Below, piece after piece: positions 44,948 through 54,481 of a stretch of DNA of 64,000 bases (positions are counted from its first letter, which is position 1; each line of letters starts with the position of its first letter). This DNA comes from Clostridiales bacterium (GTDB taxonomy: Bacteria; Bacillota; Clostridia; Saccharofermentanales; Saccharofermentanaceae): NCBI GenBank assembly GCA_017617525.1, contig JAFZWA010000064.1:325-64324 (forward strand). Reading direction: 5' to 3'. The notes below the pieces were generated by a model. It searched no databases, was not told where the DNA came from, and was given only the letters and a program-made list of their open reading frames with translations. The translations under genes and the position numbers were made by a program.

Positions 44948-45047
44948 ATGCAGTCTCCTTTATTCATTGGATCGTTGATATCATGATATACTAAAAACAT
45001 GCAAATAAGAATGCCCTCTTCAGCTGAAGATACGACGGAGGAAGACC

Positions 45048-46214
45048 ATGCAGTACAGAAAAGACATATCGATACTGGGCTTCGGATGTATGCGCTTTAC
45101 CGGTAGTTCCGGAAAGATCGATTATGACAAAGCCGAAAAGGAGATCCTTCGTGCTTTGGAACTCGGTGTGAATTACTTTGACACCGCCTATATCTATCCC
45201 GGAAGTGAAGAACTTCTCGGAAAAGTCATTGAGAAGAACGGCATTCGCGATAAGATCACGCTTACCACCAAACTTCCCCAGTATATGGTCAAAAACAAGG
45301 CCGGCCTGGATAAATATCTGAACGAAGAGCTTTCGCGTCTTCGCACAGATCACCTGGATTATTATCTCATGCACCATATGACGGATATCGCCCAGTGGGA
45401 GCGACTCGAGAGCCTCGGTATCCGTGAGTGGATCGATGAAAAGAAGAAAAGCGGCCAGATCCGCCACATCGGTTTTTCCTTCCACGGTAATACGGAGATG
45501 TTTTTGAAGATCCTGAACGCGTACGACTGGGAACTCTGCCTGGTCCAGTATAACTACATGGACGAACATTCCCAGGCGGGAAGAAAAGGCGTTGAGGCCG
45601 CCGCAGAAAAGGGGATCCCGGTACTCATCATGGAACCACTCCGCGGAGGAAAACTCGTCGATCTTCTGCCGGATAAAGCAAAGAAAGAGATCGCCGAAGA
45701 TCCTTCCGGCTGGACTCCTGCCGCGTGGGCTTTCCGCTGGCTCTGGAATCAGAAAGCCGTAACGTGTGTGCTTTCCGGAATGAATTCCCTTGAGATGGTC
45801 GAAGAGAATTGTAAGACCGCGTCAGAGGCGCAGGCCGATTCATTCGGGGAACACGAGTATCAGATGATCGAGAAGATCAAGTCGATCATAAATGAGAACA
45901 CGAAGGTCAACTGCACGGGCTGCCGTTATTGCATGCCGTGCCCGAAGGGTGTCGATATTCCGGGTATCTTCGCGTGCTACAATCATATGTATTCTGAAAG
46001 TAAGGGCTCCGGAAGAAAAGAATACTTCCAGACGATCGCTCTTCGAAAAGAGAACGCTTCTGCCAAACAGTGTATCGGATGCGGTAAGTGTGAACAGCAT
46101 TGCCCGCAGTCGATCGATATCCGAAAGAAGCTGAAAGAAGCGGATAAGAAGCTCCGTCCGCTTCCTTATAAGATCGGATATGCGTTTGCCAGAAAGTATA
46201 TGCTCAAAAAGTGA
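45048..46214 (+). CDS. Aldo/keto reductase with C-terminal 4Fe-4S cluster domain
   Basis: LGFGCMRF...FDTAYIYPGSE, then CTGCRYCMPCP...CIGCGKCEQHCP. Confidence 0.85.
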   Translation: MQYRKDISILGFGCMRFTGSSGKIDYDKAEKEILRALELGVNYFDTAYIYPGSEELLGKVIEKNGIRDKITLTTKLPQYMVKNKAGLDKYLNEELSRLRTDHLDYYLMHHMTDIAQWERLESLGIREWIDEKKKSGQIRHIGFSFHGNTEMFLKILNAYDWELCLVQYNYMDEHSQAGRKGVEAAAEKGIPVLIMEPLRGGKLVDLLPDKAKKEIAEDPSGWTPAAWAFRWLWNQKAVTCVLSGMNSLEMVEENCKTASEAQADSFGEHEYQMIEKIKSIINENTKVNCTGCRYCMPCPKGVDIPGIFACYNHMYSESKGSGRKEYFQTIALRKENASAKQCIGCGKCEQHCPQSIDIRKKLKEADKKLRPLPYKIGYAFARKYMLKK

Positions 46215-46229
46215 TCGGGAGAATCGGGA

Positions 46230-47237
46230 ATGGGTGAAGTGAAAGCAGAATTGGTAACGAGAAGTAAACGTCCGGGAATGGACTGTACTCTTGATATCTA
46301 TCACGAGAAGACCGTCGGCTTTTCCAAGAATATCAATGACCATTCGACCTATAAGCTGGTCCTTGTCGACGAGGGTTCTTTTGTTGTGGAAGAGGACGGA
46401 AAATACCGTGTCGTCGTCGCGCCGGCAGGCATCGCGATGAATGAAAAAGCGGAGTTTAAAGTCGTTTCGGAAAGCGGAATCAAAACGCGGACGATCTTCT
46501 TTAAGCCTTCCGTATTACGTGAAGAATTCACCATCGAAGCGATCAATTCCGGGTTGTTTGAAAAGTTTTTAAGCGCTGTCAAAAGCACTGATGAACTGTC
46601 ATACGATGAAAGATTTGTAAAGGCGGTCTTTGAAGATACGAAGTTCGAAGAGTGCTTTTCGAGCAAGATGGTGTATCAGGACGCGCTTTTGCTTCTGGAT
46701 TTTATCCGTCCTGACCGAAACATTATCTACTATTCTCTGATGCGCCAGGTCTACGATTCTTTACGCGGAATGGTCGTCAGCGTTGCCTACGATATCGAGC
46801 AGCAGCCGGATAACTTCTGGATCCTTCGTGCCAGACATTTTCTTTCTTCGATCCTTTTTATGTCGGTGGCCGACTTTTACAGACCTTACCGCCAGTGCGA
46901 AGTCTATAAGGATCCTCTCGTGGCACGAGTCGCCAGGTATTTCTGGGAGAATATCTCGGAAGAGATCACACTGGAATCTGTTCTTAAGAAGTATTCGGTG
47001 AATAAGAACATACTGAACGACGCGTTTAACAAAGAACTCGATATGTCCTGCATGAGCTATCTTGAGCACCTGAGGATGAGTGTCGCAAAGGCCGATCTGC
47101 AGTATTTTGACGATCCGATCAGCGAGGTCAGCGTTAATTGCGGCTACAGTGATACAAACTATTTTTCCAAGGTCTTCAAGAAGCATACCGGCATGACTCC
47201 TTCGGAATATCGAAAGAACATGAAAGATCTGTGCTGA
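46230..47237 (+). CDS. AraC-family transcriptional regulator
   Basis: C-terminal HTH region ISEVSVNCGYSDTNYFSKVFKKHTGMTPSEYR. Confidence 0.88.
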   Translation: MGEVKAELVTRSKRPGMDCTLDIYHEKTVGFSKNINDHSTYKLVLVDEGSFVVEEDGKYRVVVAPAGIAMNEKAEFKVVSESGIKTRTIFFKPSVLREEFTIEAINSGLFEKFLSAVKSTDELSYDERFVKAVFEDTKFEECFSSKMVYQDALLLLDFIRPDRNIIYYSLMRQVYDSLRGMVVSVAYDIEQQPDNFWILRARHFLSSILFMSVADFYRPYRQCEVYKDPLVARVARYFWENISEEITLESVLKKYSVNKNILNDAFNKELDMSCMSYLEHLRMSVAKADLQYFDDPISEVSVNCGYSDTNYFSKVFKKHTGMTPSEYRKNMKDLC

Positions 47238-47323
47238 AAATCCTCATTTTTGTGCTCATGTTTCTAACCACTCTTTCGCGTGAAAAGATATGCTCTTTTT
47301 AGGACAAAAGGGAGGTCAAAGAA

Positions 47324-48484
47324 ATGAAAAAAGCACTTATTTCAATTGTCTCAATTATCCTTGCTGCAGGCATTATGGGTGGATGTGGAAAGAAAAATGA
47401 TTCATCTGAATCGAAGATAGAGACCGAATCCACCTATGAGGCTCAGCACAAGACTGAACATGAAGTCGTTACGGTTACGGATGGTGTCATGCCGCAGGTG
47501 ATCGAAAAGAACGTTACCTACGTTCAGAAAGAAAAGGACGGGGAATGGGAAGTCGAGAGTTCCGAGATCGTCAACTGGAATACGACCGAGGATTTCGTCA
47601 TCCTTGATACAGTATGGTTCATGGAGACGGACGACGCCGCTTCGAGCTTTACTTATCTGGATGATTCGTATTCCGGTAAAAAAGCAACTGTCTGCCTGAA
47701 ATTTCACGATGACCTTTTCAGTACGGACTTTTCCGTGGATAAGGATCCTGACGGTACACCGAAACTTCACGTGTCCTTGAGTATGCACGGCGATATCATC
47801 GTCGACTGTGACGGGGAAAAGCTTTACCTTAAAGATATCAAGATCAAGGGCTGTGATGCCTATGAGAATGGCACGGCACATACCTTTGTCGACTGCGGAA
47901 ACGGTGATGATACGCTCTATGTGCCGACTGACGTAAGACAGGGAACAATAGACGAATATCTTTCCTTTGTTCCGAGTCTTGAAGATCGTATCCGAGCGGA
48001 ATCCGATACATATATCGATCTTATCTCCTTTGATCAGCTGCCGAAATTCGAAGTCACATCTCCGAACGTTACTGACGGCAAGTGGGACGTAAAGATCACC
48101 AATACGAAATATGGCGAAAACATCTCTCCGGAGCTTTCCTGGGAAGCGGTAGACGGCGCGACGAACTATGTCGTTATCATGCTCGACGGATCGTGGCTGC
48201 ACATGGATGTATTTACGACGGAAACACATCTGCAGGAAGGTGCTTTTACAAAAGGAGAAAGAGGAGAGCAGTACGTCGGACCGTATCCGCCGTCCGGAAC
48301 ACACACCTATTCCATCTTCGTATTCGCGCTGAAAGGCGAGATGAGCAGGGCAGATTGGATGTTTGATTCGGGAAACAATTCCACCGACAAGATCTTCAAG
48401 GGCCTGGATGAGGACAAGGACGGAAATACAGGAAATGTACTTGCGTACGGAAGGCTGGACGGAAACTATACACATCAGGACTAA
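47324..48484 (+). CDS. Lipoprotein with C-terminal YbhB/YbcL (PEBP) family domain
   Basis: Lipobox AAGIMGGCG. The C-terminal region ISPELSWEAVDGATNYVVIMLD...YVGPYPPSGTHTYSIFVFAL is typical of bacterial PEBP. Confidence 0.75.
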   Translation: MKKALISIVSIILAAGIMGGCGKKNDSSESKIETESTYEAQHKTEHEVVTVTDGVMPQVIEKNVTYVQKEKDGEWEVESSEIVNWNTTEDFVILDTVWFMETDDAASSFTYLDDSYSGKKATVCLKFHDDLFSTDFSVDKDPDGTPKLHVSLSMHGDIIVDCDGEKLYLKDIKIKGCDAYENGTAHTFVDCGNGDDTLYVPTDVRQGTIDEYLSFVPSLEDRIRAESDTYIDLISFDQLPKFEVTSPNVTDGKWDVKITNTKYGENISPELSWEAVDGATNYVVIMLDGSWLHMDVFTTETHLQEGAFTKGERGEQYVGPYPPSGTHTYSIFVFALKGEMSRADWMFDSGNNSTDKIFKGLDEDKDGNTGNVLAYGRLDGNYTHQD

Positions 48485-48533
48485 AAATGTTATAACTATA
48501 TCATTGAATGAAATGACCGAAAGGTGAACATAT

Positions 48534-49136
48534 ATGATCAAAAACGTCGTACTTGATATGGGAAATGTGCTTTTGGATTATAATCCGGATTTCGTTCTGG
48601 ACCAATTCTGTTCTTCGGAAGAGGAGAAGGCCGTGATCCGAAAAGAACTTTTCGACGGACCCGAGTGGCAGCTTGGAGACCGCGGGGATATCAAGGACAA
48701 GGACAGATTCGACCTCGTGAAGGTGAGAGTGCCAAAAAAGTACCATGAAGCGCTTCGTAACTGCTGCGACAGATGGGATATCTGCATGAATCCTTTAGAA
48801 GGCGCAAGAGAGTTCTGCGAGCACGTAAAAAAGGCAGGTCTCGGAATTTACGTGCTGTCAAATGCCAGTGATCTGTTCTATACGTATTTTCCCAAGTTCC
48901 TTCCTTTGGATTTCTTTAACGGCGTATTTGTTTCTTCGGACTATCTCATGCTGAAGCCGGATCTGGAGATCTACGAGACATTTCTTTCGAAGTATGGCTT
49001 AAATGCGGATGAATGCCTGTTCGTTGATGACCGGAAAGAGAATGTCGAAGGCGCGTCAAAAGCCGGTATGAATACCTTTTGCTTCAAGGGCGATTATGAG
49101 CAAGTGATCGCTCGTATTACTGAACTGAATCAGTAA
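48534..49136 (+). CDS. HAD-family hydrolase
   Basis: N-terminal NVVLDMGNVLL (DxG/DxD-type motif I), VLSNAS (motif II) and FVDDRKENVEGA (motif IV). Confidence 0.8.
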   Translation: MIKNVVLDMGNVLLDYNPDFVLDQFCSSEEEKAVIRKELFDGPEWQLGDRGDIKDKDRFDLVKVRVPKKYHEALRNCCDRWDICMNPLEGAREFCEHVKKAGLGIYVLSNASDLFYTYFPKFLPLDFFNGVFVSSDYLMLKPDLEIYETFLSKYGLNADECLFVDDRKENVEGASKAGMNTFCFKGDYEQVIARITELNQ

Positions 49137-49164
49137 CCCCGGTCCTTGCGGAAAGGGAAGCGCG

Positions 49165-49749
49165 TCAGGCCGCGCCGCTTGCTTCTCTGAAGAGATCATT
49201 GAGCTCTTTTGTGGTTTCGAGCGAGATCCAGTTTGAACTGTTGTCGCTGCAGGAGATCTTTTCTCCGGAAGCATATACCGCTGAAACCCTGTATCCGTAT
49301 ATATCCTGGATGCCGTTCGTTTTGTTATGGTTGCCGTTGAGGCGTGAAATACCACCGTCTCTGATGATCTTTTCAAGTTTGATCATGAAATCCTCATCGG
49401 CGGAAAACTCGTAATCGACGGCCTCATCTTCCTCGTACTGTTTTTCGAATCTGTAGCTTCCCGAGCCTTCTTTGGTTTTTAGGTCGACCTCAAATTCGAA
49501 ATAGTACACGCCGTATTCCAGACCTTCATATTCTTCGACTCCTACGGAGGCTATTGTTGAAGATTTAATGGAAAGAGAGATCAGCTCGGTAGACTCGATC
49601 TCTTTAGGCGCGTCCTTATCAACTCGTTTTGTCGATCCGCCTTTAATGTGCGTTGCTTTCGTCTCGCTTTTCTTCTTGCATGCCGTCATGGGACACGCAA
49701 GAAGAAGGCTCAACGCGATGATCAGTATTCTTGAACAGTGCTTTTTCAT
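49165..49749 (-). CDS. Hypothetical lipoprotein
   Basis: Signal peptide with lipobox (LLLACPMTAC). No family recognised. Confidence 0.55.
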   Translation of the reverse strand: MKKHCSRILIIALSLLLACPMTACKKKSETKATHIKGGSTKRVDKDAPKEIESTELISLSIKSSTIASVGVEEYEGLEYGVYYFEFEVDLKTKEGSGSYRFEKQYEEDEAVDYEFSADEDFMIKLEKIIRDGGISRLNGNHNKTNGIQDIYGYRVSAVYASGEKISCSDNSSNWISLETTKELNDLFREASGAA

Positions 49750-49764
49750 AAGTGGTAGAGGGAC

Positions 49765-50658
49765 TTACTTGTTGTAAGCCTCAGTGATCTCCTTGCAGTT
49801 TTTGAGAAAATCGATATTCAGTCTTCTCAGACGATAAGACAGGCAGCGAAGGATCAGGTTCACCTTCGCGGGAGAGCCTGCAACGATCTCGTCCAGATCC
49901 TCCTTGTAAATGATCTCGACGCGTGTGTTATCCGCCTCAGCGATCGCCGTCAGATATCTCGGATCCGAAGACGTCAGACCATCCTCGCCAAATACGGAAA
50001 CTGCTTCCAGCGTAGCTGATCTAAGAGCGTCCCTGTCGCCATATCCGGCATAAAGTCCGACTGTGCCGCTTCTTAAGAGGAACATGCAGTCTCCCGCTTC
50101 GCCTTCTTTGAAGATCACGCTGCCTTGCTGGAACGAATCGGTCTCTCCTGAAATGGAAAGGTCCGCACGAAGAGCGTCCGCGCTTGGTTCGGAAAGAGAA
50201 TTCTTGTTGGACTGATAAAGGCTGATATGCTTTTTGATCTTGGAAAAGAAGGAGTCGCCCTTTCCGGCTGTGTCTGAAGCGTGTGCTTCCTTTAAGAGCT
50301 TCTGCGACTCGTTGTAATCATCGGTCATGGCCAGGATCCTGTTGCTGAGATGAGTAATGAGTTCCAGGATCTGCTCCGGATTCTCCTCGAAGAATAAGTT
50401 GATCTCGTCCGCCGGGATCTCGATAACATTTGCGTTGCCGATGGCAATGACACTCGCGCTTCTCGGATATGCCTCAAGAATCGCCATTTCACCGAAGTAT
50501 TCTCCCGGTTCGATCACGGCAATACGGAAAGGATTATTCTTTTCGTAGTTGGAATAGACTCCGGCCTTGCCCTCCGTGAGCAGGAAGAAGCTTTTGCCGA
50601 TGTCGCCCTCTCTGATGATCTCTTCACCGTTTTTGAAGACTTTCTGCGATAAACTCAT
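49765..50658 (-). CDS. Tandem cyclic-nucleotide-binding (CAP_ED) domain protein without a recognisable output domain
   Basis: Two cNMP-binding-like modules (GEEIIREGDIGKSFFLLTEGKAGVY...FGEMAIL and GSVIFKEGEAGDCMFLLRSGTVGLY...FGE). No HTH seen. Confidence 0.7.
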   Translation of the reverse strand: MSLSQKVFKNGEEIIREGDIGKSFFLLTEGKAGVYSNYEKNNPFRIAVIEPGEYFGEMAILEAYPRSASVIAIGNANVIEIPADEINLFFEENPEQILELITHLSNRILAMTDDYNESQKLLKEAHASDTAGKGDSFFSKIKKHISLYQSNKNSLSEPSADALRADLSISGETDSFQQGSVIFKEGEAGDCMFLLRSGTVGLYAGYGDRDALRSATLEAVSVFGEDGLTSSDPRYLTAIAEADNTRVEIIYKEDLDEIVAGSPAKVNLILRCLSYRLRRLNIDFLKNCKEITEAYNK

Positions 50659-50729
50659 ATGAAATCCACCCCCTAAAAATCATTTTACATTCCCCAGAAC
50701 ATTATATCACGAAAAAGCCGTGCTCAAAT

Positions 50730-50759
50730 TGACACGAATTTGTTTTAATAGGTATAATT
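50730..50759 (+). promoter_or_regulatory. Sigma-A type promoter of the acyltransferase/GT8 operon
   Basis: TTGACA (50730-50735), 18-nt spacer, TATAAT (50754-50759). Confidence 0.7.
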
Positions 50760-50837
50760 CCCTATGGGGATGTAAACACAGGGGTGAGCTGTGCCTTTTT
50801 GTGTGTCCCGAGAACGGAAAGGACCAGTAATCAGGAG

Positions 50838-51626
50838 ATGGAAAAGAGAAGAGTAATCTATTACTCAGACGAGCTCAATGACGAGTTTTCGACCTTCGAT
50901 ACAATACCACCGAAGATCGACGGCTCCTATGATTATGAGCGAAAAGCACTTTCCAAGCGTCTTTCCCGATTCTTCCTATATCGCATCGTGATGTATCCGA
51001 TCGTTGTCTTTTACGGACGGGTGATTTTCGGTCAGAAGATCGTCGGCAAAGAAAAACTGAAGCAGTACAAGAAAAAGGGCTATTTCCTTTACGGAAACCA
51101 CACGCAGCCGTTTGGCGACGCGACTCTTCAGACAAGACTTCCCTGGCCGACCAGTACTTTTATCATCGTACATCCGAATAACCTGAATGTTCCCGTTTTC
51201 GGAAAGTGGACGCCCGCACTCGGCGGACTTCCGATCCCGGACGGGATGAGCGCTTACAAGAATTTTCTTGCGGCGATAAGAAACAGGATCTCGGAAGGAC
51301 ACCCGGTCGTGATCTATCCGGAAGCCCATATCTGGCCGTATTACACGAAGATCAGACCGTTCCTTGATACCTCGTTCCGTTATCCGTTGGATCTCGGTGT
51401 GCCGGCTTTCTGTTTCGTAAATACCTACCACAAAAGAAAGTTCAGAAAGAGACCGAAGATGATCACTTATATCGACGGACCTTTCTTCGCGCCGGAAGGA
51501 GAGACGGATATTCATGTAAAGCAGAAGGCGCTTCGTGACCAGGTCTATGACCATATGGTCGAGCTTTCGAAAAACTCGGACGTAGAAGTGATCAAGTACG
51601 TCAGAAAAGAGGTGGCCTGTGCTTAA
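50838..51626 (+). CDS. Lysophospholipid (PlsC-type) acyltransferase family protein
   Basis: YGNHTQPFGD (H-x-D acyltransferase box) and YPEAHIWP. The start is uncertain: ATG 50838 has AGGAG directly adjacent, and the track begins at GTG 50784. Confidence 0.7.
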   Translation: MEKRRVIYYSDELNDEFSTFDTIPPKIDGSYDYERKALSKRLSRFFLYRIVMYPIVVFYGRVIFGQKIVGKEKLKQYKKKGYFLYGNHTQPFGDATLQTRLPWPTSTFIIVHPNNLNVPVFGKWTPALGGLPIPDGMSAYKNFLAAIRNRISEGHPVVIYPEAHIWPYYTKIRPFLDTSFRYPLDLGVPAFCFVNTYHKRKFRKRPKMITYIDGPFFAPEGETDIHVKQKALRDQVYDHMVELSKNSDVEVIKYVRKEVACA

Positions 51627-52455
51627 CGTTCTTTTCTGCGGCAATGCCGGTGTATTTGACGGGATGCTCACATGTGCGCTTTCCATGATGATGCGTACCG
51701 ATTCAAAAGAACCTTTCAACTTCTTCGTTTTCACGATGGATCTTACGTCCATCAAGGATAACTATATCCCGCTGAAACCGGCTCAGGAAAAGGTATTCCG
51801 CGAGACGATCAAACGCTACAATCCCGAGAACGATGTGACTGTTATCGACGTCAGCGATTTCTATAAAGAACACTTCTCCGGATGCCCGAATGAGACAGCG
51901 TATTGTTCACCGTATACTCTGATCCGTCTTTTCGCGGACATGGTCCCGGAGATCCCGGACAAGCTTTTGTACTTGGACGCGGACATCATGTTCAATAGAG
52001 ACGTGCACCTTCTTTACGATATGGACGTATCGGAAGTGGAGTACGCGGCCTGCCCGGACCACTACGGAAAATACCTGATCCATCCGCACTACATCAATGC
52101 CGGAGTGCTGCTTTTCAATATGAAAAAGGCTCGTGAAACCGGGCTTTTCGATCGGGCGAGAGGCTGGATTAAAAAGAAGAAACTTGTATTTGCCGACCAG
52201 AGCGCGTTGATCCGTTCGACGACAAAGAAGAAGGTACTAAAGCAAAGGTATAACGACCAGAAATTCCTGCATAAGCACACAGTCGTAAGACACTTTTCAA
52301 AACGGCTTTTCTATCTGCCGTATCCGCATACCGAAAACATCAAGCAGTGGCATATCGACAAGGTCCATAAGACCTTCCGGTACCACCAGTTTGACGATAT
52401 ATACGATGAATATCGTAAAATCCTATCCGAAATCAAGGAGGATCGAAATGGCTGA
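51619..52455 (+). CDS. Glycosyltransferase family 8-like
   Basis: LYLDADIMF (DxD) and YINAGVLLFN. The GTG start overlaps the upstream stop. Confidence 0.75.
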   Translation: MLNVLFCGNAGVFDGMLTCALSMMMRTDSKEPFNFFVFTMDLTSIKDNYIPLKPAQEKVFRETIKRYNPENDVTVIDVSDFYKEHFSGCPNETAYCSPYTLIRLFADMVPEIPDKLLYLDADIMFNRDVHLLYDMDVSEVEYAACPDHYGKYLIHPHYINAGVLLFNMKKARETGLFDRARGWIKKKKLVFADQSALIRSTTKKKVLKQRYNDQKFLHKHTVVRHFSKRLFYLPYPHTENIKQWHIDKVHKTFRYHQFDDIYDEYRKILSEIKEDRNG

Positions 52456-54250
52456 TTTTGTGATCCCGATTTTCTATTCATGTGACGAGAATTTCTTGAA
52501 GTACTGTATGGTCTCGATGTCTTCGCTTCTGAAGAACGCGTCGGCCGAATGTCTTTGCCGTATCTATATTCTGAACACAGATATCTCTGACGAAGCGCAG
52601 AAGAAGTTCCGCGAGCAGCTTGACAGCATGAAGCTTCCCGCGAAATATGAGATCTGTTTTGAGGATGTATCCGATAACTTGAATCTTATCGAGCATGAGT
52701 TCCCGCTTCGTGACTACTACTCGAAAACCACTTACTACAGGCTTCTGATCGCCGATATGCATCCGGAGTACGACAAGGTCATTTATCTTGACGCCGACAC
52801 GATCGTACAGGGCGACATCAGTGCTTTATACAAAGAAGACATCACGGATCACTATCTCGGCGCGTGCCATGAACAGGTCATGGTGCAGATCGATGAATAC
52901 GGTGAGTATGTCGAAAAGTGTCTCGGCATCTCGCGCCATAATTACTTTAATGCCGGCATCCTTCTGATCAACTGCAAAGAGTTCCGCGAAAAGCAGCTCC
53001 TGCACAGATTCCTCGAAGAACTGCACAACTATGATTTCGTTGTTACACAGGATGAGGACTATCTGAACCTGATCACGAAAGATCACGTCAAGTTTCTTGA
53101 TCAGAGATGGAATACCGAGATCTTCAGAGAACCGGAATATCCGATCGAAGAAGCGAACATCATTCACTACATTATGTTCTGCAAGCCCTGGCATTACGAG
53201 GACTGCCCGTACGCGGACATCTACTATTCCTATGCAAAAGCAACGCCCGTTTTCCCCGAGATCGAAGCGGGCATGAAAGCATATACCGACGAGGATCGCG
53301 CGCGTGACAAAAAGGGAGAGGACGAACTTCTTAAGCTTGCGGTCCGCGAGACGAACAGAGAAGACAACTACCTGAGAAGATTGAACCGCGATAAGCGCGC
53401 GAAGGATCGTGTAGAGATCGTTAAGAAGATCGAGGAGTTTGAGCGTGACGGAAGGTTTTTCGAAGATGTCGAGGACGATCCGCCGACAAAGCCGCTGCTT
53501 CCGGACGATATCGATTATCTCCATAAGACGCCGATCGATAAACTCAAGACAAAGGTGGCTTTTGCGCAGGCGCATAAGGTCGTCGATAAACTCATCAAGA
53601 ACAAGCAGCTGATCATCAAGGACATGAAGGGGATTGAGCACTTCCAGAACCTTTCTTCCGGCGCGGTCATTACCTGCAATCACTTTAACGCTTTCGACAG
53701 CTTCATCATCCAGCTTGTATATGAGGCGGCAAAACAGAAGAAGCGCACGTTCTATCGTGTTATCAGAGAAGGTAACTACACATCCTTCCCGGGATTCTAC
53801 GGTTTCCTGATGAGAAACTGCAATACTCTTCCTTTGTCATCTGATATCCGTACGATGAGAAAGTTCTTCGAGGCGACGAACACGGTCCTTAAGGACGGCC
53901 ACTTCGTTCTTGTATATCCCGAGCAGAGCATGTGGTGGAACTACAGAAAGCCAAAGCCGCTCAAGAACGGTGCTTTTATATTCTCGGCGAAAAACGACGT
54001 ACCGGTACTTCCGTGCTTCATCACGATGAGAGATACGGAGAATATTGGTGAGGACGGATTCCCGATCCAGGAATATACCGTTCATATCTCTGAGCCGATC
54101 TACCCGGATAAATCGCTTCCTTACAAGAAGCAGACAGATCAGCTTCGTAAAGAGAATTACCGCGTCTGGAAAGAGATCTACGAGCGCGAATATCAGATGC
54201 CGCTCGAGTACACAACGATCGACCTGCCGGACTTTGATACATTGAAATAA
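52448..54250 (+). CDS. Fusion protein: N-terminal GT8 glycosyltransferase plus C-terminal PlsC-type acyltransferase
   Basis: IPIFYSCDENF...IYLDADTIV...YFNAGILLIN (GT8), then ITCNHFNAFDSF (HxxxxD) and VYPEQSMWWN (acyltransferase). ATG 52448 behind AAGGAGG. Confidence 0.75.
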   Translation: MADFVIPIFYSCDENFLKYCMVSMSSLLKNASAECLCRIYILNTDISDEAQKKFREQLDSMKLPAKYEICFEDVSDNLNLIEHEFPLRDYYSKTTYYRLLIADMHPEYDKVIYLDADTIVQGDISALYKEDITDHYLGACHEQVMVQIDEYGEYVEKCLGISRHNYFNAGILLINCKEFREKQLLHRFLEELHNYDFVVTQDEDYLNLITKDHVKFLDQRWNTEIFREPEYPIEEANIIHYIMFCKPWHYEDCPYADIYYSYAKATPVFPEIEAGMKAYTDEDRARDKKGEDELLKLAVRETNREDNYLRRLNRDKRAKDRVEIVKKIEEFERDGRFFEDVEDDPPTKPLLPDDIDYLHKTPIDKLKTKVAFAQAHKVVDKLIKNKQLIIKDMKGIEHFQNLSSGAVITCNHFNAFDSFIIQLVYEAAKQKKRTFYRVIREGNYTSFPGFYGFLMRNCNTLPLSSDIRTMRKFFEATNTVLKDGHFVLVYPEQSMWWNYRKPKPLKNGAFIFSAKNDVPVLPCFITMRDTENIGEDGFPIQEYTVHISEPIYPDKSLPYKKQTDQLRKENYRVWKEIYEREYQMPLEYTTIDLPDFDTLK

Positions 54251-54253
54251 GAA

Positions 54254-54285
54254 AGGGCGGAAGCAATTTCCGCCCTCTTTATTTT
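54254..54285 (+). terminator. Rho-independent terminator after the GT8::acyltransferase gene
   Basis: AGGGCGGAA (54254-54262) / TTCCGCCCT (54268-54276), then CTTTATTTT. Confidence 0.85.
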
Positions 54286-54481
54286 GCCACTATACTTTTT
54301 TGTCTCTTTTGATATTATCAAATAGAGACGTGCAACAAGATTCTTCATCAAGAATAACTACTAATAACCAACCCGCAAAAATACAGACTTTCGTCGATTT
54401 CTTGTTCACCGATAAATATTTGCAAAAAAGTGTAACCATTTTGGTGTGAAATTCTACTTTTAGGGAAAGAGAGAACAGGAA

